A stretch of DNA of 64,000 bases from Mobula hypostoma (lineage: Eukaryota): NCBI RefSeq assembly GCF_963921235.1, contig NC_086102.1, forward strand, positions 37,138,001 to 37,202,000, written 5' to 3'. Below are positions 1 through 11,559 of this stretch, in pieces. The notes under the pieces are model-generated. The model had not been told where the DNA came from. It worked only from the letters and a program-made list of their open reading frames with translations, and made no database searches. The position numbers and the translations under genes are program-made. Every line of letters begins with the position of its first letter. Within the stretch, counting starts at the first letter, position 1.

Positions 1-612
1 GAAGTTTCTGTTCCTCCTTTTTAGAATTCAAATAAGTGTTTTATTTTATAGTGACTCTGGCCATTAATCATGTTTCCCATTCAAGTGAACCGCACTTATC
101 AGAGCTTTATGCCATGTCGTCAAATTCAGGAACTTGCCTTTTGACACTTGGCCATAAGTTGTTTTAGCTTAAATGTTATAGTTCTAGTGGTGGTATTAAA
201 ACACACTGGTGTTAATTAGAATTGCCAGCAGCCTCTTGGCTATTTGTTTTCAAATATCATTGCCAGCCTTACAGGATTATGGCGTCTCTATAAATTAACG
301 ATTAATCCATCAGACAGTGAACAATCAGGAGGGATGGGGCTGGAGGGTGAATTCTGGGGGAGTAGAAAAGTCATATTTCCACTCAAAAAAAATTGTAGGG
401 TTTTTATTTGAATATTTAAAATTTATTAATTTTATAACAATATTATAAATATGGAATCTTTATGAAACTGCTAAGAATAGAGCCAACTGAAGTTGGCAGT
501 TCAAATCACATGCTATTCTCTGTTTTCTAAATTGGAAATTGGAAGGTTTGTGTATTCCAGTATGGGTTTTTTTGAAATTCTGTTTAATTGCACTGTGTAT
601 TATTTGCTTCAG

Positions 613-1375
613 ATGTGTTCAGACCGGTTGGTAACAGAAGGAGTAAAAACTGAATCTTCTACAATTATCCTGGAAGATGAACATAAGCCTGAAATCCCCA
701 CTGTTAATTCTCCAATTGATACAAAGAATGACATTGATACTAAGCCAAGGGAGTGGATTGCTAATGAAAAACCATTGTCTTTGCTAACTGACAATTCTAT
801 GGCAAGTCTTAACAAAGGTGAAAAAATTAAGAAGAAGAAGAAGAAGAAAGTTAAACTTGACTCTACCAAAGTTGATAAACAGACATTTAAAAAAAGTGGA
901 AAGAAACGGAAATCTTCTGAGTCTGACATAGATAGTTTAATGTATACTATTGATGCTGTGGCTAAAGGTGACTGGGGCACTGAAAAGCCTTCAGTAAGTC
1001 CAGTAAAAAGTGGACGATGCTCAGCAAAGTCAACTGAAAATCAATTACACTCTGTCTCCAGCCCACCAAAGAAAAAAATTAAACCAAAACCAATAAAATT
1101 ATCTGCTGAGAAAGTTTCAGAACTCAACAAACACTCAAAGGTGTCTGATTCTGAGAAGATTACCACCATCCCCGTCAAAACTGAAACATTTCCTATAACT
1201 GATCAACTGCTTTCACATAGTGCACTAAGTGAAGTGAAAGGTGAAAGCAAGGAAATCAACAAAAAAACAGAAGCTTCTGGGTCCAGAAAATCTGAACGAG
1301 CATGTAAAGGTGCCCTTTACAAGACTTTAGTGTCAGAAGGCATGTTGACATCTTTACGGGCTAATGTTGACAGAG
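613..1375 (+). CDS. BBX: BBX (HMG-box transcription factor, bobby sox homolog) large internal coding exon
   Basis: Acceptor ttgcttcag|ATG TGT (phase 0) and donor AG|gtaagt at 1376 (phase 1). Translation contains SSESDIDSLMYTIDAVAKGDWG and GSRKSERACKGALYKTLVSEGMLTSLRANVDRG, matching human BBX as I recall it. Confidence 0.96.
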
Positions 1376-2959
1376 GTAAGTGAAGAAATTTCAAAACATA
1401 GATTTCCTGGTTATATTTTTGGGATTCTTGTATTACACCTTGGAAATTATGAGTATGTTTGATGACCATTGTTTTCTAATAGAACCTTGTATTTTGAAAC
1501 TCAAAAATGTAAGGTGGTCTTCTTATCATGTCCACGGACAGTCTATACATGGTCCAGCCAGAACTGGACATATTTTTGCGCCTTGTTGTTGAATTCAGCA
1601 AGATCTGCAACAGTACGGGGTTCCCCTAGTGATGGGCATTGCAGGAGATGTTGCATAGTTTGTGGCTCAGTTCCACATATTCAAGTTGTCGGGCCAAGGT
1701 GGAAGCGTTCACGTCGCGGCCCTGTTTCAACCAACTCTACCACCACCACGCGCAGCATGTAGTGTAAGGAGGTTGAATTAAAATAACTAAAGTCACAATT
1801 CTGCAGAGCTTTACTGAGTTGCCAATTATATGCTTATAAGTCTAGTAGCAATTATATATAAATAATTTTTCCAAGCTGTTCTTGAACTTCTATATGTTTA
1901 TAAAGATGTCTCCAAATTTAGCACATAGAAGTCAAGCAGTTGGATTTCACTTGCTTTTAATGCAGTAATTCTAGTCCACTGTAAAATGCCATAAGGTTGA
2001 TGAAAAGGCATTTGAAACAGCATTAAGATAATTTGTTCTCCCCCACCCCAAAAATGCACAAATGCATTCTCTGACAAGTCACCATGCACTAGACCGGATA
2101 AGGTGTCAGCCCTCAATGATATTCCTCATGGTAGAGGAACAGTAGCGCTGTCAGGATGAGCTGCAAACAATTAAAAACAGATGTGACAAGCAAATATTGA
2201 ATCACAGATTTGTTTGTTCAGGGTATCTTTGCAAAATATCTGAAGGATTATTATGTGTTAGCTGAAATACCCTGCCTGATTACCATATTGGTAGCAATGA
2301 TTAGAGTGTTGAGGTTGCTTATTTTACATTGGGTGTTATAATTTTACCACCAATTTATAAGGTTGTTGCCAAAATTCTACATGAATAATACCTCCCATCT
2401 CTGCTCATTGGAGAGATTAATCTTTGGATGCCAAGCAAAACATCCCCTTCCTCCTTCTCTTAATCCTGCTTCAGCTTTGAAGGAGTGTAAACCTTTACCA
2501 GTTTATGGAAAGGTTCTTAATGGGAGCCTTAATGGATCCCAGTGTGGTCAATGGGTGTCTGCCGGTAATGGTGGTAAATACCAGTGCATTGAATACCACC
2601 TGGTTCTCAAAGTAGATGAAAGCACCTCTCTAGTGCTTATTGAGCAGCAACTTGGAGAAATGCACAGAGAAAATTATAGACCTTTCCTGTGGCTAGGAAG
2701 CTGAGGTTCATCATGACCTTGACCTCCATGAGAGCAGTTGAGGCATAGACAAATGTGACAATGGGTTTTCTCTGCAATATTTCCCAAAACCATGAGCCAT
2801 AAATACATTGTTCATCAGACAGGCTGAAGTAGCATAGAGTGTAGAGTCACAGAGCACTACAGCGCTGAAGCAGGCATTCAGCCCATTTTTCCTAGTCACA
2901 TCGACCCACACCTGGGCCATTGACCTCAATACCCTTCCATCCATGTACTTACTCAAACA

Positions 2960-3843
2960 AATCTAAATGCTGCAATGAAACCCGCATCCATCACTCCCGC
3001 TGTCAGCCTGTTCTACCTTTGCACTATCCTCTGTGTGAAGAAGTTCCCCCGCAGGTTCTCCTTAAATAATTTACCTTTCTCCTTTAAACTATGACCTCCA
3101 GTTGTAGTCCACCCAGTCTAGTGGGAAAAGCCTGTTTGCTTTTATCCAATTGAAACACTCTGGTTCCATCGACTGCATAAGTCTAGGGAACATACCTCCG
3201 GCCCCGCCAAACGTGTCAGATTGAGTTGCAAAACCCGAGAACCTCGGGTTTGTGTGGATGCGGTGTGATTTATTACCCTATTATAATTAAGCACCACGAA
3301 TACAATTAAAAGCTTTAGCTTTATAATTCTTAATTTGACAAAAGGGTTAGTAAAGAAAAAGCAAAAAAAAAAGAAAAGGGCCCATTTTAATGAAACAGTC
3401 TAACGTGCACATGTTGAAGCTCACAGTTTCCCCTTTGCCAATCCTCCTTCGCTCTCCCTGGGCTTTGTCGAATTATGGCCCAGCTCCTGGTTGAGTGCTA
3501 CACCCTCTTCTCTCCGGCGTCTTTTCCCTTCATCTCCCACTGAAAAAAAAAGACCCAGCTCATACCGGTTCAGGCACAAAATATGAAAACACACTCCTTT
3601 CATTGGACGGCTCACATTCCAAAGCACCCATATCTCTAACCATAACCAAACACTGCTTCTACAGAAAGACCATTACATTTGCAGTGAATCCTTTCTCAGG
3701 GTGTTACACTATCTAAACTCCTCATAATTTTATACATCTCTATCAAATATCCCCTCTTTCTCCTATGTTGCAGAGAATAAACTCTTAACATATTCAAACT
3801 TTCCCTACAATACTGGTCCTCAAGTTCCAGCAACATCCATGTG
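2960..3843 (-). mobile_element. CR1-type LINE 3' fragment (host of nested insertions)
   Basis: Typical elasmobranch CR1 3' sequence (ctctgtgtgaagaag..., ctcataattttatacatctctatc) that resumes after the LTR and after the Tc1. Confidence 0.6.
3151..3708. mobile_element. Probable solo LTR
   Basis: Termini TGAAACA...TGTTACA (TG...CA with a near-perfect 7-bp inverted end) and 4-bp flanks CAAT/CTAT. It interrupts the CR1 sequence. Confidence 0.55.
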
Positions 3844-5439
3844 CAGTGCCTATAAGAAGTATTCACCCCCCCCCCCGCCATGGAAATTTTCATGTATTAT
3901 TGTTGTACAACATTGTATCACAGTGGATTTACTTTGGCTTTTTTTACACTGGTCAACAGAAAAGACTCCTTTTGTGTCAAAGTGAAAACAAATTTCTACA
4001 AACTTGTCTAAATTTATTACAATTATTAAACACAAAATAATTGCATAAGTATTCATCCCCTTTAAGTCAGTATTTAGTAGATGCACCTTTGGCAGCAATT
4101 ACAGCTTTGAGCCTGTGTGGATAGATCTCTATCAGCCTTGCGCATCTGGACACTGCAAATTTACCCCAATCTTCTTTACAAAACTGGTCAAGCTCTGTTA
4201 GATTGCATGGGGATCATGAGTGAACAGCACTTTTCAAGTCCAGTCACAAATTCTCAATTAGATTGAGGTCTGGACTCTGACTTGGCCACACCAGGGCATT
4301 AACTTTGTTGTTTTTAAGCCATTGCTGTGTAGCTTGGGGTCATTGTCTTGCTGGAAAACAAATCTTCTCCCAAGTCACAGTTCTCTAGCAGACTGCATCA
4401 AGTTTTCCTGTATTTTGCTGCATTCATTTTACCCTCTACCTTTACAAGCCTTCCAGGGCCTGTTGCAGTGAAGCATCCCCACAGCATAATGCAGCCACCA
4501 CCATGCTTCATGGCCAGGATGGTGTGTTTTTGATGTGCAGTGTTTGGCTTATGCCGAGCATAGCGTTTAGTCTGATGACCGAAAAGCTGATTTTTTTATT
4601 AGTCCATAGACCCCTCTTTCAGCTGACTTCAGAGTCTCCCACATGCATACTCTCTGGCATACTCTCGCCGAGATTTCATGTGAGTTTTTTCCAACAGTGG
4701 CTTTCTCTTTGCCACTCTCACAAAGGTGACTGGTGAAGCACCCGGGCAAAAGTGGTTGTTTGCACAGTCTCTCCCATCTCAGCCACTGAAGCTTGTATCT
4801 CCGGCAAAGTTGTGATGGGTCTCTTGGTTGCCTCCCTCACTAGTCTCCTTGCACAGTCTCTCAGTTTTTGAGGACGGCTTGCTCTAGGCAGATTTACAGC
4901 TGTGCCATATTCTTTCCATTTCTTGATGACTGACTTAACTGTACTCCAAGGGATAGTCAGTGACTTGGAAATGTTCTTGTATCCATCTCCTGACTTGTGC
5001 TTTTCAATAACCTTTTCTTGGAGTTACTTGGAGTCTTCTTTTGTATTCCTGGTGTAATATTTGCAAAGATACTGACTCATCAACTGACCTTCCAAGTACA
5101 GGTGTATTTTTACTACTATGAATGGAAGCACTTTGAGTGCCCACAGGTCTCCAAAAACAGATCTCCATTTAACTAATTATGTGACTTCTTAAAATAAAAT
5201 TGGCTGCACCAGTGATGATTTGGTGTGTCATATTAAAGAGGGTGAATACTTATTCATTCAATTATTTTGTGTTTTATATTTCGAATTAATTTGTAGAGAT
5301 CTGCTTTCACTTTGACACAAAAGTGTCTTTTTTTATTGATCTGTGTCCAAAAAAGCAAGTGAATCCACTGTGATTCAATGTTGTAAAACAATAAAACATG
5401 AAAACTTTCAAGGGGGATGAATGTATTTTATAGATGCTG
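3844..5439 (-). mobile_element. Tc1/mariner DNA transposon, full length but inactivated, IR/DR type
   Basis: Ends CAGTGCCTATAAGAAGTATTCACCCC and its degenerate complement followed by TA; inner repeats near 4045 and 5240. Minus-strand peptides KVIEKHKSGDGYKNISKSL...WKEYG and VKHGGGCIMLWGCF are broken by stops and frameshifts. Confidence 0.9.
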
Positions 5440-7985
5440 TAAATTTTCTCTGTACTCTTTCAATCTTACTGGACATCTTCCCTGTAGGTAGGTGACCAGA
5501 ACTGCATGCAATACTCCATACATGGCCTCAACAATGTCTTGAATAACTTCAATGTAACCATAAGACAATAAGTTATTGGAGCAGAATTAAGCCATTTGGC
5601 CCATCAAGTCTGCTTCGCCATTTCATCATGGCTGATCCATTTTTTCCCTCAGCCACAATCTCCTGCCTTCTCCCCGTATCCCTTTCATGCCCTGACCAAT
5701 CAAGAATCTATCAACCTCTGCCTTAAATATGCATGAAGACTCCACAACTACCTGTGGCAACAAATTCCACAGATTCACGACTCTCTGGCAAAAGAAATTC
5801 CTCCCCATCTCTGTTCTAAAAGGATGCTCCTCTATTCTGAGGCTATGTCCTCTGGTCTTAGACTCTCCCACCATAAGAAATATCCCCTCCACATCCTCTA
5901 TATCAAGGTCTTTCACCATTCAATAGATTTCAATGAGGTCACCCCTTATTCTTCTAAGTTCTAGTGAATACTGGCCCAGAGGCATCAAACGCTCTTCATA
6001 TGACAAGCCATTCAATACTGGAGTTATCTTAGTGAACCTTCTTTGAACCCTGTCCAGTTTCAGCACATCCTTTCTATGATAAGGGGCCCAAAACTGCTCA
6101 TTCCAACATCCAACATCACAACTCCTGTACTCAATACTCTGATTTATGAAAAACAATATGCCAAAAGATCTGTTTATGACCCTATCTATCTGTGAGGCCA
6201 CTTTAAAGGTATGTGGTGCTTCTGAAGACTCTGATAGCAACCCTTGTTTCATCTCATGCCTCAAAGTCTCCAATCAAAGCTGCGTAGTCATCTATGGCTA
6301 TAAAGATTCTTCCAGTGATGGAGAGACTCCTGATGTCTCCCCTAAACTTCACTCCCTTAACTTTGTACATATGCCCTCTGGTGTTAGCTATTTGTGCCCT
6401 GGGAAACAAGTACTGGCTATCCACCCTATCTATGACTCTCATAATCTTGCAGACCTCTGTCAAGTCTCCTCTCATCCTTTTACGCTCCAAAGAGAAAAGT
6501 CCCAGCTCTGCTTACCTTGCCTCTTAAGACTTGTTTTCCAATCCAGGCAACGTCCTGATAAATCTCCTCTGCACCCTCTCCATAGCTTCCACATCCTTCC
6601 TATAATGAGGTGACCAGAACTGAACACAATACTCTTTAAGTGTGGTTTCACCAGGGATTTGTAGAATTGCAACATGACCTCTCTACTCTTGAACTCAACC
6701 CCCCTATTAATGAAGCCTAGCATCCCATAGGCTTCCTTAATTATCCTATCAACCTGTGCAGCGACCTTGAGGGATGTATGGATTTGAACCCCAAGGTCCT
6801 TCTGTTCATCCACACTCTTAAGTAGCTGACCATTAACCCTGTACTCAGCCTTCTGGTTTGTCCTTCCAAAATGCGTCACCTCACACTTATCCGGATTGAA
6901 CTCCATCTGCCACTTTTCTGCCCAACTTTGCATCCTGTCTATATCCTCTTATAAGCTTCAACAACCTACAGCTCCATCTGCAACTCCTCCAATCTTGGTG
7001 TCATCTGCAAACTTACTCACCCATCCTTCCGCCTCTTCATCCAGGTCATTTGTAAAAATAACAAAGAGCAGGGGTCCCTGGACAGATCCTTGCAACACTC
7101 CACTAGTCTCCGACCTCTAGGCAGAATACTTTCCTTCCACTACTACCCTCTGCTTTCTTCCTGTAAGCCAATTTTTTATCCAAACAGCCAAGGTTCCACT
7201 GATCCCATGCCTCATAACCTCCTCGATGAGTCTCTCGTGGGGGACCTTGTCAAATGCCTTGCTAAAATCCATGTAGACCACATCTACTGCCCTACGCTCA
7301 TCAATTTCTTTTGTTACCTCTTCAAAAAAAAACTCAATTAGGCTCGTGAGGCACGACCTTCCCTTCACAAAGCCATGTTGACTATCCTTGAGTAGATTGT
7401 ACTTCTCTTTATGCTTGTAGATCCTATTCTTAAGAATCCTTTCCAATAATTTGCAGACCACCGATGTAAGACTCACTGCTCTATAGTTCCCAGGATTCTC
7501 CCTATTACCTTTTTTAAACATTTGCCATTTTCCAATCCTCCGGCACCTCCCCTGCAGCCAAAGAGGATTCAAAGATCATAGCTACTGCTCCAGCAATCTC
7601 TTCTCTCACTTCCCACAGCAACCTGGGGTATATCATATCCTGCCCTGGGGACTTATCAATCTTGATGTTTTTAAGAAGGTCCAACAGTTCTTCCTTAATC
7701 TCCACATTGTCCAGCACACAGGCCTGTTCTGTTTCGACCTCACCCTGATCAAGGTCCTTTTCACTTGTGAATACTGAAGCCAAGTATTCATTTAGGACCT
7801 CCCCAACCTCCTCCGCTTCCAGGCACCTGTTGCCTTCTTTATCCTTTAGCGGCCCCACCTTCATTCTTCTCATCCTTCTGTTGTTCGCATATGCATAGAA
7901 TGCCTTGGGGTTCTCCTCAATCCTACATTCTTGTTTCATCACCCCATCTCTGCTTTCCAACCCACAGCTCTCACCCCAGCCCAAC
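5440..7985 (-). mobile_element. Stacked CR1 LINE ORF2/3' fragments
   Basis: RT peptides PGNYRAVSLTSVVCKLLE, QHGFVKGRSCLT, YMDFSKAFDKVPH, WAEKWQMEFNPDKC and LRIEEHPFRTEMGRNFF. Confidence 0.9.
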
Positions 7986-9125
7986 TGAGAAGCTGTTTCT
8001 TTCCCTCTTTGTTGAGTTCAACGTGACAAAAATCCACTGGTTTCATAATTATTTAGATCCTGATATGATTATTCAAACAGCTATATAAATTACAATTTAA
8101 TTCGTTAGAATGACTTAAGTGAAATAACTTCCATTCACAAATTTGATAACTAATTTGGAGCACAGGGAAATTCCAAACAATTGAAGTTTGTTGTCTCTAG
8201 ATGGCAGCATTGCAAATAATTCCGTAGTAATGGTTGCCCTGTGAGAAATAGTGTATCGATTTTCCACAGAGCCCTTATAAACTGTGCTGTGTATTAGGCT
8301 CTGTCCTGGAATCTGTTCAAGATTCAGAAGTGATGATGTTATTGTTGAAATGCATCATCCAGGGAAATGTTAGTTTCAACAAGGGCACTCGACAGAGGAA
8401 TTACATCCGCCTTCAGTAGCTAGAAAGTGGAGAACAAAAAAATGTACAGGCAGCTCTGTCTTTTGTGATAACTATTCACTGATCAGCACCCTTGTGTATG
8501 CAAATGCTGAATAAGGTTTAGTCAGATTCCACTCTGGTTGAATATCACATTGGAACTTGCTGATGTTCGGAGAGTTAGTAGTATACAATGTGCCTTCTTA
8601 AGTATATTGTCTTCATCAGGCAGGAAGTGAATATACTAGCTTTAATGTTCACCTTGTGTAACTGGGAGATAAAAAAACAAATTTCATATGTATAAGGGTA
8701 CATTTTGTCCATCATGTTTTGATCTATGCTGGCTTGGAAATTGCAGTTATAGGCAATTACCATCAGCTGTATAACGGCGGAACTTCTGCTCTAAGGAGCA
8801 CTGCAGATCTTAGACCAAACTGCATAAATTTAGATCAGAAATACAAAGGAGTAGATGTAGTGTTTTCCATTGAATACACCATATTGCTAGTGGAACACCA
8901 AACCAATTTATAAGTTGGAATTTCTAACCTCGTATTCCTTGTACTTCAGCTGTCGGTCACAAAAAGAAGCCTTGCATGTTAGCCTTGAGCTAGATCTATC
9001 ACGGAACATAAGCACTGGTGTTCTTAAGGAACCAGATTAACTTGGGAAATGGGTTGATATCAGTTAGTGTTATGGATGTGGCTGTAATTTGCATCTCTTC
9101 ATTGAATATATGTTTATACTTTCAG

Positions 9126-9264
9126 GCAAGAAAGCTTCAGGGAAAGGGGGATCGTCTGATCATGAAGGATGTTGGAAGGAGGAAGACTGGACATTTTCAA
9201 ATGTTGGAAGCAGTGGAACCAAAAAGTTGAAGAAATTGAAACAAAAAGATGAATCGGCCCTTGG
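9126..9264 (+). CDS. BBX: BBX coding exon
   Basis: tttcag|GC...GG|gtaag, phase 1 to 2. Reads (G)KKASGKGGSSDHEGCWKEEDWTFSNVGSSGTKKLKKLKQKDESAL; human has GKRSSGKGNSSDHEGCWNEESWTFS. Confidence 0.95.
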
Positions 9265-10066
9265 GTAAGAAATCCGTTTTCTTCTTCACTGCTATTAGAA
9301 ATTTAACCTGTAGTTCACTCATTCAGCAAATGGATTTTTATGCCTACCAATTATTCGTACATAATTTCTAAGAAATGTTCTGAGGTGAGCATTGCTGCAA
9401 CTTGATTTTCAGTGGGTCTTGAAAGAAATGATATTGTGGCCCCAGCAATCTGTTTGTATGCTTCTAGCTGATACTTGTATCTCTTATTAGGTGATACTTC
9501 TCTACAAGATTAACATGCAGCTTTTAGCAAATAGTACTTTCTTTTGTCAGGTACCATTTGGAATATGTCAAAATGTGTCTACTATAATTTATTTTTGTTA
9601 TCAGAGCTTGGCTTAGGGTTAGAAAAAAACCTTGCAATGGTTTATTATGTTTTACTATTGCCAAAATCATCTTTAAACTTATTTCTTTAATATTTTGGAT
9701 GTTGTTATAAATAGTTTTAATAACTCACTATCTGTAAACTATGATTAGAATATGTAATTTAGCAAACAGAAACCTGGTGAAAGCACCCTTTTTTTTTGCT
9801 GATCAGTTTTGTTAACGAATCAGCCATGACGAAGCAGTGGTCGGGATGAGAGGGCACGTTACCATTGAACTGCATTATAGATCATGCATTGAGTAACATA
9901 AATAGTCCACATATTCATCAAGAATCCAACAAAACTTCATTGTTATCTGAAACAATGTTATCTCAGTTGAAGAAACTTCACTAAAGGGGAATCTACTGAA
10001 GTTTGATGACTTGACCAGCATTGTGATTATAACAAGGATTTAAGGGTTCTGTTTCTTTCATTCCAG

Positions 10067-10215
10067 CTTAGGGAATCTAGAGCAGGAATTTGAAAAGAAA
10101 TTCAACAGCCTTCCTCAATACAGTCCAGTAACCTTTGACCGCAAGAACTCAACAATGACAAGGAAAAAGAAGAAGAATAGGAGTGGATCCACTGAGCAAC
10201 TGAAGTGTGATAAAG
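10067..10215 (+). CDS. BBX: BBX coding exon
   Basis: ttcattccag|C...G|gtggga, phase 2 to 1. Reads LGNLEQEFEKKFNSLPQYSPVTFDRKNSTMTRKKKK, containing the conserved BBX motif EFEKKFNSLPQYSPVTFDRK. Confidence 0.95.
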
Positions 10216-10999
10216 GTGGGACCAGAAAGAATGAAATATTCAGGGATAATTAAATCATGAACAGAAGTAGAAATGCCAAACATTGGCTGTGATTTAAGTG
10301 TTCATTGCCTTTAGGTTTCAGTGATAGTAATTGCCACTTCAGGTACCTGTATACTTTGCAGGAAACCCTGGGAAACAATTAGCAGATCAGACGGTCACAT
10401 TGGGGAAAGAAGCATAATTAACCTTTTAAGGTGAAGATCTTTCATGGATAGCTACCAAACTGAAACATAATTCTGTCTCTTATTCCACAAGTGCTTCCTG
10501 CGTAACAAGTATTTACATTAATTGTTTTTATTTCAAATTTGCAGTATCTGCATTATTTTGATTTTGTACTTTATTTTAAATGGACATATTCAGTTACTTT
10601 ACATTAATGCCCCAAAAGAAAAAGAAGGACCCAAATAATTATTATCTCATTGTAAATTGTCCCATGATTAGGCTACGGTTAAATAGAGGGTTACCAGGCA
10701 GCCTGGCTCGAAGGGCCAGAAGGGCCAATTCCATGCTGTATTTTAAATACATAAAATTAAAAAAAGTTATGCACTGCAAATAATGAAACTAAGAGAACTC
10801 ACCGCATATGAGAATTTACAGAACTAAGTTTTGGCTATTGCTGGGTTCAGAAAAGGTTACTGGTGTGAGGGGTAGATTATTAAGCATGCGTATTTCAGAT
10901 TGGTAGTTTTGAGGGACCAATAACTAATTGCCAGGCTCGGTGAACACCACAACATCAAACCAGTTACTAGTTTATATCTTGATTGTGATATTAGGTGAG

Positions 11000-11370
11000 T
11001 TTTGTGAAGCAACACCTCATGTACCGTCTAGGTAGTCTCCAGCCCCTTGGTATGAACATAGAATTCTCCAACTTCCGGTAATTCCCTCCCTCTCCCTTCC
11101 TCTATCCCTATTTTATATCACCACCCTCATATTCCGCCCCCTTCTACTACTTCATATTGTTCTCCTGCCAATCACCTCCCTGCTTCCCCTCCCCCACCCC
11201 TTTGTCTTTAAAATTATTGTTTTTTTCCAACTACCAGCATTCTTCAAACCCTCCCCAAAGTTCTTCCTTCAGTCCTGACAAAGGGTTTAGGCCCGAAACG
11301 TCGACTAATCTTATCAACTGATGCTGACTGACCTGCTGAGTTCCTCCAGCGCATTGTGAGTGTTCACTTG
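11000..11370 (+). mobile_element. Penelope-like element 3' fragment
   Basis: The end of GIY-YIG coding sequence (ctaggtagtctccagccccttggtatgaacata), a pyrimidine-rich 3' region and a hammerhead-like terminus. Confidence 0.7.
11271..11306 (+). ncRNA. Minimal hammerhead ribozyme motif, core mutated
   Basis: AGTC-CTGACAA-AGGGTTTAGGCCC-GAAAC-GTC-GACT; the core CUGANGA is changed to CUGACAA. Confidence 0.6.
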
Positions 11371-11559
11371 AAATCTATAATGCTACTACCAACAGGGCTA
11401 ATCAGTGCTATCATTTCTGCCACAGCAAGGTTGGCCACAAACCTCACTGTGATAGACAAACTGCTCCTTAATGTGAGCTTTCATCTCTTTCCCTTTTACA
11501 AGAGGTGAGAGTGTTAAATTGAATGAAGTGAAATTTATGTTTTATTGATGTTTTATCAT

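Noticed and set aside
493-612. N-terminal 40 codons of ORF 493-1383
   Set aside because: Intronic read-through; BBX similarity and a good acceptor start at 613.
609-980. Hydrophobic antisense ORF with a poly-Phe run
   Set aside because: It is the mirror of the Lys-rich BBX exon, with no independent evidence.
8180-8520. Possible conserved non-coding element in the BBX intron
   Set aside because: It looks non-repetitive, but conservation cannot be judged without alignments.
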